A stretch of 64,000 nucleotides of DNA, from positions 62,868,001-62,932,000 of the forward strand of contig OX597824.1 of assembly GCA_951406725.2 (NCBI GenBank). Direction: 5' to 3'. The stretch's first letter is position 1, and the number at the start of each line of letters is the position of its first letter. The notes under the pieces were generated by a model, which worked only from the letters and a program-made list of their open reading frames with translations, did no database searches and had not been told where the DNA came from. This document shows positions 25,793 to 39,847 of the stretch, piece after piece. The translations under genes and the position numbers were made by a program. The stretch is from Octopus vulgaris. Lineage: Eukaryota.

Positions 25793-26837
25793 AGGAGTTT
25801 TGATGGTCTCTCACTCAGCTGCGTCCCACACATAATAATCAAGGGCGTTGCAGTCTGCGGAGTTAGGTGGCCACATATTAGGAGTGATGTGATCGCAGAA
25901 ATTGTCTGACAGCCATCTTCAGCTACACAAATAAATCAATTCTTTCTCAAATATTTTAATAGAACAAGTAGATGGAAGAAATTCGTGTTGTCGCTATTGT
26001 AACTAAGAATAGGCTACACTTCCAAGAATCACATGAAGCCTATTGGGAGTCACGATGTTGTAACGGATAGTAATTCATTTCTAATTCATTTATCTCTTTA
26101 TTAACTACTATATCTAAGACTAAAAGAGTGTGTCTATTTTGAATAAATGACAAGGATGAGTTGACACCTCATGGTAAGCTATGGTCATAAATATTATCAT
26201 ATCTATTCTTTTTCCTCAGGGAGGAAAGAAGGCATTAGGAACAGTCTGTTGAATATAAGTAACTGTCTATAAATGGAGGCTGGGTGGAGGAAAACTTTAA
26301 AACATGATGTTAATTACCAGTTAAAGGGGCAAGACGCCAAGAAACCTGAGATGTTAATACCGAAGACATTTTGTTATACTGTATAAAAACAAAATTTAAG
26401 ATTTTCAAAAATGATATCATAACTAAAATAGATAAAATGTGTGTATATATCAATTATAAACATTAAAAAGAAAACATTAATAGAATCAGTTTAATATTGA
26501 TTCATGTACTTAATTAATTACTTATTAGGTATCTTTTATAAAGACTGCTCAGGGCATTTACTTATGGAATAATTGGAAAGATATACGTGCTACCTATTAA
26601 TTTTAAGCCATGAATCGGAGAAAAGTGAAGATGCAGACAGCTACACATACATTTATATGTGCATATATGTACATATACACATGCATAAATATTTACAGGT
26701 TTATATGGATCTAGTATAACCATCTCGCATTTAAGAACAAGATTACACACAAAACCTGCTGATGCTGAGATTAATTTAAATGATACTAGAGTTGAAAGAA
26801 GTATAAATAACAACAGCAATAATAAAAATAACGCAGA

Positions 26838-26840
26838 TGT

Positions 26841-26889
<49 letters not shown>

Positions 26890-27046
26890 CATCATCATCA
26901 TTGTTCGACCGTGGTCGAGACAATGGAATTTACCATGCTACGCCAGACTTCACGTTCCATCATGGCATTACGGAGGTCCTGTTGCTGGATGCCTGTATCC
27001 CTGGAGATTACATCAGGGTAGGAGAATGTGCACCATCTGGTTTTGC

Positions 27047-27090
<44 letters not shown>

Positions 27091-27091
27091 C

Positions 27092-27148
<57 letters not shown>

Positions 27149-27205
27149 AAGTGGTAGTAGTAGTAATAGTTGTAGTAGTAGTAGTAGTTGTTGTTGCTGT
27201 TGTGA
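26838..27205. repeat. (TAG)n array split by a LINE tail
   Basis: directly visible. Confidence 0.95.
26890..27047 (-). mobile_element. 3' tip of an RTE-type LINE
   Basis: SYPDVISRDTGIQQQDLRNAMMEREVWRSMV...* followed by a (TGA)n tail. Confidence 0.75.
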
Positions 27206-27949
27206 TTACTAATTCCACTGAATAGAGCTAGAACTGAACGCTTCATGACGAAAATATATTATAAATTATATTATTAACAATTTGCTTAGAAGAGTATGAA
27301 CACTATTCAGTGTCGTGTGTGTTTGTATGTGTGCGCGCGTGCGTGCGTGTAGCCGTGTGTACTTACTTGCGTGCGTCTATGTGTTTGTGTGTGTTTTGAG
27401 CACATTTAAGAGAGTTTACGATCTTGCTCTGCAAATCTTTAAAAGTCCTAAGTATTAATATATAACTCATAATTATTCGTGTTTTAGTGTTAATTCCCCT
27501 AACAAGTGGAAACGTTAAATGCGATGTTTTAAAGCGTTAGATAGTAATATAATATTCTATCCGAAGCTTTGAATACAAGTTAGTCTGTAGAGTACTGCAG
27601 TGATCTATTCACGTAAACTTGCGTGCCAGGAATATATGCCAGTGTCATTTTGGTATGCATCATTAACACTGCAATCTCGACGGCAATAGATACAACGTTA
27701 ATGCTGTGAGAAAGAATATTTAATTTATATGTCTTCCATTATTGATTGTGTGTTTTTCATATGATCCCATATTTGAAGACTTAGTCATTCGTGTATAAAT
27801 GTGATTTTAAAATACATGACTAGATCACACACTTAGAACAGCCTTGCCGCTTATATCATTATAAATTCATACGAAGATAGCCTCTACAACTATTTAATAA
27901 CATTTACAACACTCTTCAACAACTACCAAATTAACGACTTACAGTTTAC

Positions 27950-28330
27950 AGTGGACGTTCTCGTAAAGATACGCGATTCCAGAGTCACAACTGGTATATT
28001 TTACATATATAAAAACCACATACTTTAATAACTGAACTTCTAGTTTTGCCATCCTTTACACATCAAAAGGAACATTCCATACAGTACAGTAAAACGATTC
28101 TGTGCAATGATAGCTGATCCGAAAATACGTTGAATGCAACGAACTCAAAGACATCCTAAAAATACAGAAATACAAAAATTGATATTATAAAGGCGATAAA
28201 TTTGGATAACTCTCAACAGAAGAAACTAAAGGCAAAAGGTAATATTTAAAGCAAAGTAATAAACGCAGAGAGCCACTGAAATTGCAAAAGTTATGGACAC
28301 TATTTTACAAAGTTAACGCATTCAAGTACT
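27950..28330 (+). mobile_element. decayed Penelope-like RT C-terminal fragment
   Basis: CHPLHIKRNIPYSTVKRFCAMIAD...ELKDILK. Confidence 0.65.
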
Positions 28331-28576
28331 GTTCTTTTGTCGGAAATGTGTTTAGAGTGAAATAATCAAGAGGTAGTACTTGAATACTCTATCGTTCTCC
28401 AAGCGTATCATTTCTGTATGAGATTAATCGAACTTGGGGCGAGTGTATGTTTACATTGTAAATCCGATTTGGATCCTTTGGATTTCATTCATATCTTATA
28501 ATCACGACTACATGCATTCTTGCTTAAAGCTATTACAAATCACCTTTCCAAACGTCGAGGGATTGGTGGATGAATG

Positions 28577-28614
<38 letters not shown>

Positions 28615-29025
28615 CCCTCTGACGAAATCCTCAAAAATTCACTAGACACATACATACTTACACACATGCATATACAGAGAGGAAGAGAGATAAGTGACTT
28701 CAAAATGCCAAAATTGACATCATGAAATGTCATTAACTTCGAAGAACTATGTAAGTGCTGCCCATAGAAATATAATAAAAGCACTCTAAAAGAAGAAAAA
28801 AGATCTCTTTTCTTTCATTCTTTCTTTCCCCACCTTTCCTTTCTACTTTCTTTTCTCCTTCTCACTTTCCTCTTCTCCTTTCAGGTTTCCTTTTCTTTCT
28901 TTCCTTCTTTCCCCTTTTCTTTATTCCATCACCCAGGTCTTCACCACAGTGGCATTCACATAGAAGTGCACACACAAGTGCACACATAAGAACGTACACT
29001 TATGTACACACGCTTATATATATAT

Positions 29026-29080
<55 letters not shown>

Positions 29081-29320
29081 GAAATGAAGAAAATGCTGAC
29101 AAAATAATTTAAGTAATTTAAGTAATTTAATTAGGTGAGAGTTCCTTTTACCGGTTCATTTGTTATGCTTATCAAAAGATTAGAGTTCCTTTCTGATAGA
29201 TTTTTTCCTCTTATCTGACTTTATGTTGGGTTTGCTGTCTCCTTTTTTAAATATATATATATATATATTTCTTCGGTAAATCCGAAAGAGAAAGACACTC
29301 TAGACCAGTAAAGTATAAGA

Positions 29321-29563
29321 AGATAGATATGACCGGTCTATGGGGTTACTCTGGGTTTCACGTCCATTAAGTGGTTAGTTTTACAGCGTTTGTTCTGGCT
29401 CTAAAATCCTTTGCCGCTGGACTCTCTGGTAAGTAGCCTCTCTAGAGAATGGAGGAGGATAAGACATCGTTGCTCTGTGAGAAACAAGGGATTAGCCTCC
29501 TTTGACCGCTATAATTGACCATGAGAAATCCAGGGCAACCCCGTAGACCGGCCACATCTATCT
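29321..29563. repeat. inverted repeat, ~60-bp arms
   Basis: AGATAGATATGACCGGTCTATGGGGTTACTCTGGGTTTC vs reverse complement of GAAATCCAGGGCAACCCCGTAGACCGGCCACATCTATCT. Confidence 0.85.
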
Positions 29564-29575
29564 TTATCACTCTCT

Positions 29576-29649
<74 letters not shown>

Positions 29650-30171
29650 ATATATATATATATCCATATTATTCACATTTTATTCACATTATCCATTACC
29701 CACTAACGCAACCTATGGCCCCCTGGCCTAGGTTTATACCAATATTACCAACAAAATAATATTCGGTCTACTGAGATGATTTCAAAATGCAACAGCTACC
29801 TAACGGTGTATCTTTTCTATCCTTCGGATGAGATTTTTCTTAATACAATGATATAAATTAATCTAATTTAATCTTTGGGCAAAATGGAAACAGCTGTAAG
29901 AGAATATGTTAGATTTTTATGTAGTTAATAAATTACATTAATGCTACATCTCTAGTTTATAAATTTTCTTTTCAATGTTTAGAAACCAAGATTTATAGTT
30001 AGACCTTTAATCTTATGAATATTACTATTCAAGAAAATACTGGACAATGAACCAGTAATGCATTGGATATTATTATCCCTTAATGAGGCTGTTTTAACTT
30101 CTAATTAAATATATATATAATAACCGTATACATCGGTTGTAGCCTATCTTCATCTAAATACACACATATAT

Positions 30172-30405
30172 TTTTAGTCTCTTACTTGTCTCAGTCATTT
30201 GATTGCGGTCATGCTGGAGCACCACTTTAAAGGCTTTTAAGTTGAACAAATCGACCGCGGGCCTTATTCTTTATAAGCATTGTACATATACTATTGATCT
30301 CTTAGGCCAAACTTCTAAATTACAGAGGCGTAAACACACCACCATTGGTTGTCAAGCGATGATGAGGGACAAACACAGACACACACGCACACGTGAATAT
30401 ATACC

Positions 30406-30468
<63 letters not shown>

Positions 30469-30628
30469 CGGGCTTCCTTCAGTTTCCGTCGACGAAATCC
30501 ACTCACAAGGGTTTGGCCGGCCGGAGGTTATAGTAAAAGACACTTGCCCAAGCTACTACGCAGTGAGACTGAACCCAGTACCATGTGGTTGGGAAACAAG
30601 CTTCATACCACATACCGATGCCTGCGCC
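30172..30628 (-). mobile_element. SINE family B, full length, internal (TA)n
   Basis: head GGCGCAGGC...TGTGGTATGAAGCTTGTTTCCCAACCACATGG; CTTGGGCAAGTGTCTTTTACTATA; internal (TA)n 30411-30466. Confidence 0.88.
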
Positions 30629-33600
30629 TATGATATAGATAACAAAAGATCATTCTCGTCCCTACTGATATAAAATGGCAAACAATTCTATAACAAAAAT
30701 CACGTCTGATGAGTCTCCGAAGAGAATGAGATGAAGGTGGTAATAAATAATTATGCAAATTTCTGAAAACCTCCCTTTTCTTAATATACAAAATATGTCC
30801 ACCACTTTAATTTCTCTCCCCCTCTTTCTTTCTCTCTCTCTCCTTCTGCATATATATATGCATACATACATGCATACATGCATACACACATACTTACATA
30901 CATTCATGCATACATACATTGCTGTATTTCCATTACTTTCTGTGAAACCCATTTGATTGTCCTTTTTGCCAGAGAGAAGTGTATATACTTGGAAATGAAT
31001 CAGCTCAATATAACTGAGTAAAACAAAAGCGTTAACAGTAATAGTTCAGGATCACTTACGGCTTTGACGGAAGCTATTAAAAACATAGCACTGACGCTAG
31101 TCTTTTTAAAGAGATCTTGAAATGGAGCAGGCTATTTAAGTAGATATATATATATCGTTGTGAAGATTGTGAATATGTACAGTTTTCGTAAAAAATCCAA
31201 TGAAAGAAAGTGGACAGAATCGATTGAGATTACAGTTTAATTAATTAATTTTAACGACTATGTGTTGTTTTGGACGGAATATTTACATGTTGGGAAGTTA
31301 GATATTCCTACAGTTGTGTGAGACTAATGAGGAATGGGATTTTACCTACAAAACCGGTTAGAGGCACGGCAAAGCATAAATGACTTATTTTGCTACGAAA
31401 ACTAGTTTTATGAAAGTGTTTAAAGCGACAGTGTTTCAGCAATGGTGAAAGGTTTAATTCTTCTTTTTAATCTAGTTGAATTATGGCTAATTTGATTATT
31501 GCATACTAGACAAAGTATTGAGTAGAGCGATATTAAACCACAAAGCTAATTTTGGATGGAACGTTTTCTTTTATTGCTATTAGCCTTGGCTATATAATAA
31601 GAGATGGCGAGTAATAATCCCCTGCCACGAAGACCTCATAAGGAATTTTAATTTCCGACTATTATGATTTATTTTATGTTAATGTAAGTCACTTAAAACA
31701 TTAGTCAATCCTCCATTGCCGGGACATGTTAAAACTAGCAGAATGTTAAAGTCAGTTTAATTCAATGTTTATAATCAGTTATGCAGCTATCGAGCAATTT
31801 ATGCAGCTATATGAACAATTCGTATAGAAAACACGTTTGTAATGTGTTGCTAGTTATTTTGTCGCTATACTGTTATGCATTGTAATATTATATGCAAACA
31901 ATTATTGTGGATCTGTAGAATGATTAGATCATAAAAAATGCTTTGAATTATATTGTCACTTATCTTTAAGCTTTGGGCGCAAATCCCGCCAATATCGATT
32001 TTGCCATTCTATCGCAGCATCAATAAAGTAAAGAATCGCATCGATATAAACGGTCATACTCGTATGCTCAAACTGAGGCCGTATGGTCTAACTTATAAAA
32101 AACATACTAGACCAACAAGCAATGAGTTACGTTTACCTGCAGTGAGGTAAATGATTTTAAGTGGCATGCACACGTAAATATCAGCTTATGAACAGTATTG
32201 TATAGTTTGATTTATTATATCAGATAATCTTTATTGAAATAGCAATTTTAATCTATTTACGACGTCTAAATAACTGTGGATTCAATGAAATTCCTTTACC
32301 AACAAACTAAACTCCGATATTTTTATAATATACTATAGGTTTAATCCTTAAATACAACCAGAAACACATTTCTGCCAAATATAGCTGATTGTAGATTGTT
32401 TGGGCAAGGTTACCTTCATCACAAATTATGGAGTCCTGCAAATTGGAGTCATTCATCAAATTGTTTGACATAACAAATTGCTCCAATGCCCTAATGTCAG
32501 AGAACGACAAATAGAAAAACGATGGCTTTATTCCCTTTCTCGAAACAACTACTTGAAGTAATGATTTTACTCATTAGATTTATTCTTCTAACGCGTCCAA
32601 TCTATAACCCGACTTTCTTATATTATGTGTCTAATGGCACAAAAGCTCCACATTGTCCACAATCGATACCTATTAAAGCAATCTGTCATTTTAATTGCTT
32701 AACGCGTATTCCGAATATAGCAAATGGCCATCAATCATTTGATAACGTCTGAAATTTCATTTCATACCAAGTTACATCTCTTGAGTACAGAATGTTACTG
32801 CTTTAAAATATCACAGCTAATGAAACTGAGTCGGATTTCTCTTGAGCAATTTTAGCTGGCTGCAGATCAAAACAAGTTTAAATCAATCTCGTCAGGATAA
32901 CAAAGGTTCGCTCTACCATTTGGATACAGTGACCAATGATTTTGATTTCAATATTTTTGCATTACACGTATGTAGCAGCGTATGGTTTATATATAAAAAC
33001 AGAAAAAGGAATATGGATTAAGTTTCAAAATGTCATCTTCTGAGTTAATAAACCGGGAATTCAAACTGATTCACTGAGTCTAGAAGCAGTTCATATGCGC
33101 AGATTATTGCTAATATAATTGTCATAACACTCACAGTTCTAAGCGCGGGCAGTTGCCAAGTTGTTCAACTCCTTATTGGAATTGATTGATGCTCTCGGTC
33201 AGAATAAGACTTAGGGTTTCTGTAATTTATAAATAATACGAAATTAACTTTGCTTATTATCATGGCATTATTCCAGTTTCTCCGTTGAGATACCCCTCAG
33301 CTCCCAGTAAAATATATCAAACTTGGTATGAAAAGGTACACTGCATAAGGATGTGAAATAACAACTGGTTATCTTTCGCTCCGTTAACAACATTCAATTA
33401 GACTCTATTTCACATGAGTATTAAAACATTAAAAAGGAGAAATCTTTAGCCATGTACTTAGCTGTGGGACATTCTTTTGTAATATTCTTGTCGCAAAAGA
33501 TAGTTTTCGTTGTCTGGGAGAATTGTTCGCTATTATATCAAATTCTGTTATAAACAACACAATGTTTTTTAATCGCTAAATATTAACGTGATTTTGTGTG

Positions 33601-33928
33601 GATGCGGAGATCAATAACTTCTAGAAGTAACCAAAATTCCGGCAATGTTTTGTAGTATTGCAATTCTTTTTAGTGAAGTTGTTCTAAGACATGTTTGCTA
33701 AATGAAGCGATCTGTTGCTGGGATATTAAATTAGAGGCAATGATACGTAATAGCACTGCTTGATAGCTGAAACACAAGGCATATTATAACAAACATATAT
33801 TTGGTTCTCATATTCCCCACATAGTGTTTTCTTTTATCGTCCACATGAGCATATCCGTCTATACCTGAGAATATTCATGCAGATATCCACATATGCCTAT
33901 GTGATTGTGTGCATATATACATATGCTT

Positions 33929-33987
<59 letters not shown>

Positions 33988-34160
33988 TATATACACACAT
34001 AAGTGCACAAACACACACACATAACTGCACAAACACACACACATATAGAATTTATATATATTATTTAAAACCATAGTTTATGCACAAATTCAAAAATGTA
34101 CATCCACGCACTCATATATCTAGTATACACACAAACACGCTCTCTCTCTCTGTCTCTCTG

Positions 34161-34195
<35 letters not shown>

Positions 34196-34289
34196 GTCTC
34201 TCTATCGCACACGCACACACATACAGACACACGCACACACTACAGCTCTGCACACACAAACACAATGGTCAAGTTTGTTCTCTCTTGCT

Positions 34290-34578
34290 TTCAAAAGCCA
34301 CATTCCTTACCAAGTCGCACTAGACACCAGCTTTCTCTCAAGCCTAAGGAAATTTTCCGTCTAATGTTTTTAATGCATCTGGTGTCGCTGAAACGCTGAT
34401 ATTACCACTAATATCACTATGTGACCAACCTTGACCAATAGCAGCCATCTTAGACTTCCAGTCGCTATCATGAACCTCCTGTACTTCTTTATTTTGTAAT
34501 CTGGTCCTAAAAGAGCCGGATTTCTGTTACAAGCTTTCAAAAGTCGTATGGAGTGGAATCAATATGTTTTCAATAGAA
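34290..34578 (-). mobile_element. possible decayed R4/Dong 3' end
   Basis: KIKKYR...VILVVISAF resembles the RLE C-terminal KY...VPVVIGALG motif; weak. Confidence 0.35.
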
Positions 34579-34579
34579 A

Positions 34580-34593
34580 TGATGATGATGATA

Positions 34594-34649
<56 letters not shown>

Positions 34650-34782
34650 AAATTCAAATTTTGACACAAAACCAGCAATTTCGAGGCAAGAGGTAATTCC
34701 ATTACAGTGAGCACTGTACTCGAATGTTATCTATTTTATCGACCCCGAAAGGATGAAATACAAAGTGGCCTATGGCGAAATT
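34580..34782 (-). mobile_element. Meta-type SINE 3' part with adjacent (ATC)n array
   Basis: TTTTATCGACCCCGAAAGGATGAAA is the reverse complement of the Meta-like core. Confidence 0.7.
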
Positions 34783-35744
34783 TTTATTTTTGATTTTGGT
34801 TTTTGTTTTCCACACACGTCCATATACATATCTCGTACTTTCTCTCACACACATTCATACATATCTACCACACACATGCATACATACATTCCCATATCCT
34901 AGGATGCAGAAGAAACGCCTTGCCTACTGTGACAGATACACACCTCTACATGCATACGCACACATAGGTAAATAATAGGCGAGCGCATTTATACAAACGC
35001 ATGCACACACATCCGTACACACGTACTCACACACACTTACGCGCACATGCACGGGAACGTACGTTAACACACATCATTAGTCACGCAATCAAGCATCTAC
35101 CGCATGAACCCATGCCTGTCCACAGCTAAAATCTCCCTACTACTACTAATCTTTTCGCTTCACTACCTCACCCATATATCACTCTTTATAAACACAGACA
35201 CGAACATCCATACTACATATCCTCCCTAATATATAAACACGTTACTCGCAATCCGCACAAATACACATAAACATATACATACATTCACAATTAGCCCCCA
35301 TACACACACACAAGCAGTCTTTCTCTCTCCCTTTCTCTCTCTCTCTCTCTCTCTCTCTTTCTCACACATGCATACAGATACCCATACATTACGACTCTTG
35401 CATACACAAATACAATAGCCAAGTTTGTACACTCCGGCCTTCAAAAGTCACATTCTCTATCTCCCTCTAACTTCGTGACTTATTATTCGGCCATACAACG
35501 AATGTGTATTTCTCTGACCAGCTGATGCTTCCTCATTTCCCTCCTTACTGAACGTTTTCTTCTTTCCAACGAAGAGTCATGCTTGAAACCTCACTCCTGC
35601 TTTTTTTCCCATTTAAAACCTTCACTAAGCATCAATCTCATATACTTACTATGTACGTCCAATTGGCTTTTGTTGTTATTTGTTTATTTGGTTTACCTGT
35701 ATATCGATATATCATTTGCTTTCTACTGCAGGAAGAGGGCTCGA

Positions 35745-35910
35745 AATAGGTGTGAGGTAATTTTCGATCACATGCAGCCCCAAGGATTCATCGGTATACA
35801 TTTTATTGAACCTTAAATGATAAAAAGTTAAGACCCCAAAATTGAAACCCAGAAGAAAAGCAGCAAATATTTTGTCCGGCATGCTATCGCTTATGCTAGC
35901 TCGACGCCAT
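35745..35910 (-). mobile_element. decayed Meta-type SINE
   Basis: GCTAGCTCGACGCC head and TTTTATTGAACCTTAAATGATAAAA core in reverse orientation. Confidence 0.5.
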
Positions 35911-36947
35911 CATTTATCTGTATGCGTTCGTGTGTGTGTGTGTGTGAGTGTATAAGTATGCACTCGTATGTATATAAGTATGTATTTATGTATGTATCCA
36001 TGCGTGTAAGTTAATATGTATGGTATTTTATCTCCTCAGTAACTGCCGTGAATTTGTCTTCATGAGGTAAAATATGTGACATATTTTAACTCGCCTAAAT
36101 TTCGTTTCTTCCTACTTACTGAGTGGCACTAATGCTGCAGTTTTTCTCCGACCAGGCGGTTCACTAGCACAGCACTGTTTTTATCTAAAGCTAGGGCATC
36201 GAATCTTCGGTATTTCCCATTGAGAAAGGTTAAAGAGTCATAAATATGCTCCTTGACATGCGCTACATGGAAATACTGGGCATATATGGTGTTCTTACTC
36301 TGTTAACAGGAGAGAGAATTTGGTTCTCAATGGTTTAAATATCATAGTAGTAGAGTCGCCAGGGTAGAATACCACGTGCCATTTGTTTCGTCTCTCTTCA
36401 CTGTGTCGTATCTGCGTCCCGCCAAGACCAACGTTATCTTTCAGCTTTTTGCAGTGGATACAAGAAGTAACAATTAAGTTTCATGGTTAAGCAAAAATTT
36501 GAAAGCTACGCACTATAATGCCCTACTGAGTCTACTGCGACATTAAGCGTCCAGACCACCATGCCTGCAACGAAATTAAGGCCAAGTAGTATCCTATATC
36601 AGGCTTGCTATTCTGGGTATGCTATACCAAGTGAAATGTTGAGACAGAACCAGGCTGCAATACACACACAAACACATAGATACGTACACACATAGCTACA
36701 TAAATGCATGCATACCTACACACATGGATACACTCATACATATGCGTGTGGGATTTTATATATATATATATCTAAGGCAAATAATTCACGAAAAAATAAT
36801 TTGCGATGATACCATTCTCTGTTATTATCTAGTGTAGTTATTACCAGCGTATTTTGGCGATTTAAATAAGAGTTTTTACTGTTAATTTGAGCAGGTAGAC
36901 ATACTGAGTATGTCCCTTGATCCCTTGATTACTTTTTAAGCCTTCAT

Positions 36948-36982
<35 letters not shown>

Positions 36983-37082
36983 CAATAATAATTAAGGGTA
37001 AAATCAATTAGTTATTAATTAATTTCACCAAGTAGTGTTCAGTATGTAAAAGGACCATTCAAGGCGTATTCAAAATATTATT

Positions 37083-37131
37083 TTATATAATTAAGGGCTC
37101 AGTAAAATAATTATTTTACTGAGCCCTTAAT

Positions 37132-37138
<7 letters not shown>
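37083..37138. repeat. perfect 56-bp palindrome with no spacer
   Basis: TTATATAATTAAGGGCTCAGTAAAATAA|TTATTTTACTGAGCCCTTAATTATATAA. Confidence 0.95.
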
Positions 37139-37217
<79 letters not shown>

Positions 37218-37222
37218 ATATA

Positions 37223-37890
37223 TATTAGTTCATCCCATAGATAATGCCGTTTTTATGGTCTTATTTTTCAAAATTAAGATAAAAAAAACGTTCTTTTTTA
37301 ATCTAAAATATACTCTACTTTATTTTCTACAATGCTCTGCCATCTATCTCGTAGACTTACAAGGCCCCTATTCCAAAATTCAGTTGGTGCTGACGAAAAA
37401 TCCTCCTCCACTACTGTTCTGACCTCGTCACCAGTTACCAGATACATTCGTGAGACGTGACAGAAAAAAAAAACACACATTCACTATCTGAGCGCGATCA
37501 GACCTGGAAAGTTTGTGAGGAAAACATTGACCCAATTTGCTGACTTTTCCGATGACATGCAGGTATCGATGAATGGTTGAATGACCAAATCCAAGCATCT
37601 GTCTTAGTTCCTCAACAGTTATGATAAGATTTTATGCCGCTAGGTTTTGCAGGATGTCCTCGTCGAGTTCTACAGATCTTCCAAGAAGAGGTTCATCTTC
37701 TAGGCTGTAGTTTCCAGCTCGGAATTTCTAGAAACCACCGTTCATACCGACTTATACTCATTGTCCAATTTCCATACACCTCGCACTTTCCCATGCCTTG
37801 TTGCCTTTATTGAACTCATGAAGCAAAATATGGCGGATATGTTCCTCACTCAATTCCATTATAGCTTTGAAAAAATTGTGAAAACCGAAG
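37223..37890 (-). mobile_element. internally deleted mariner transposon
   Basis: N-terminus MELSEEHIRHILLHEFNKG...KFRAGNYSLEDEP.LGRS; C-terminus FWNRGLVSLRDRWQSIVENKVEY; TIR-like end TATTAGTTCATCCCATAGATAATGCCG. Confidence 0.88.
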
Positions 37891-37899
37891 GCAGTTTTC

Positions 37900-39300
37900 C
37901 TTTGCCTGGTCGCTGTACCAAAACAGGTTGTTTGATGGACAAGGTTGAACTGCATGAAGACAGATACATTCTTCTTTGGTAGAGCTCTCATTGCTTTATT
38001 CATGTTTACCTTGGAATTGAAATTGAGAGTGGAGAGGGAAGTGCAGTCGTCGAGTGAGGTTAATGAAAGGTGAGTGAAAGTTGCAAAAATGGCAAATGAT
38101 GACCTATGAGCCGGACAGAAGGAATTGGGGAGGACACTTGCTCCTGTGGTTTCAGGGATATCTCGGACAGTGGGGTTTCTCGACTATCCTTCCAGGCCTT
38201 CTTGTATCAGGAGAGCAACGTCTCTATCAACTTCGCCACCACTTGTTTTTAAACCTTTGTTTCCTTTGCATATGTCCCTTCTTGTTCGGTGAAACCGTGT
38301 ATGCATACTTTCTTTCTGTTCTTTTTTTATTCATTTTATTATTTGTAAACCCCCACACTTTATCTCAGTATTTGTGGCAAATAAATGTGGCGTAAACCGA
38401 GGAGAGGCGTTTGGCACCTCGTGTACCGTCAAGCGCTCACAGCCCTCAGTCAGGCCTGCAATGCAGTCGGTGGTAGTTCCTCTCTAGCGTTCTATAAACG
38501 GCTAGTGGAGGGAAAGTGCGACGACGTTCTCGAGGAAACTCTGGGTGTCGATGAAGATCGACTAACCGGTCTGTTTCGGAGAACTTTCGGGCAGGGGCTT
38601 ATAGATAACTTTCAGAAATCCCTTGTCTAGCAATGCTACCGAGGGTCGCTATCTGTACGCAATAAACTTTACAGGCACGGAAGTGCCATCAGCCGGGTCT
38701 GCCCGAGTTGAGCCCAAAACGATGAAACCGGTCTGCACGCCCTAGTCCAGTGACTGAGTGTTGCTGACCTGTGGGTTTAAGTTGAACACCTACTGTCTCG
38801 TGTAGGTTGGATCCGGCTATCAACTGAATCCATTGCGAAGATTGCTCCGCTGCCCTCTTTTAGCCGGATGGTGCAGGCAATTTGTACTTGTCGAGTGGCT
38901 GTAGTGAAAGAGGTATTATGGTGGGCATGTTTCAAAGGGCTTAAGACAGACACTTTCATTTTGGCGACCTCATCACCCTTTTCAAGTTTCACTTGAAAAG
39001 GAAGTTGAAGTTAGGGAAGTGTTGCCTTGTAGCAAGTTTGTTGAAAGGTGGGTGAATGGCCAGTGTGAAAGGGCCAATTCTTAGCATGCACCTGTTGATC
39101 AGGTAGCCGTGGCTTTTGTGGGTTTTCTCCGAAGACCTTAAAGCACCTCCCCTATAGGGAGTTTAAATTTGTTTAATTTTTTATTGTTACATATATTGTT
39201 TACACGCTGTAAAACCCATTGTATGTCCTGGCTTTGTCTTTTATGTTGTTGCATGTCATTTAATGATGTTTTATGTGAGCCCTTTTGGCTAATAAAATAA
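37900..39300 (+). mobile_element. Tx1/L1-group LINE 3' remnant
   Basis: FQKSLV*QCYRGSLSVRNKLYRHG...CPS*...ETGLHALVQ (zf-RVT-like knuckle); ends near AATAAA. Confidence 0.7.
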
Positions 39301-39449
39301 TGAATTATTATCCTCATCATCATCATCATCATCGTTATTATTATTTTTTAGTTTATTATTGTTCCTTTGTATAACTAATGCGAATTACGTATTTGTGAAT
39401 GTAATAAAGAAAGAAACCGGTAGAGAGGTACAGAAACAAAAAAAAAAAC

Positions 39450-39569
39450 GTTCTAGGGTTCATTCTCACTGCATGGCACCTTGGGCAAGTGTCTTCTACT
39501 ATAGCCTCAGGCCGACAAAAGCCTTTGTGAGTGGATTTGGTAGACGGAATCTGAAAGAAGCCCGTCGTA

Positions 39570-39626
<57 letters not shown>

Positions 39627-39847
39627 GTATGTGTCTGTATATGTTTGTGTGTCTATGTTTGTATCCCCAACATCGCTTGACAACCGATGCTGGTGTGTTT
39701 ACGTCCCAGTAACTTAGCGCTTCGATAGAAAAAGTACTAGGCTTCCAAAGAATAAGTCATGGGGTTGGTTTGCTCGACTGAATGCGGTGTTCCAGCATGG
39801 TCACAGTCAAATGATCGAAACAAGTAAAAGAGTAAAAGAGAAAAGAG
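39450..39847 (+). mobile_element. SINE family B, 5'-truncated, internal (TA)n/(TG)n
   Basis: GGCACCTTGGGCAAGTGTCTTCTACTATAGCC...GAAAGAAGCCCGTCG-(TA)n-...; (GTAAAAGA)n-like tail. Confidence 0.88.

Noticed and set aside
28615-28640. Hammerhead core CTGACGA
   Set aside because: No paired stem II followed by GAAA; resembles a SINE fragment (GACGAAATCC).
30700-30745. CTGATGA-GTCTC...GAGAT-GAAG hammerhead-like motif
   Set aside because: GAAG instead of GAAA and no stem I or III; at most a dead remnant.
32307-32752. Short ORFs in the repeat-poor island
   Set aside because: No recognisable domain; lengths expected by chance.
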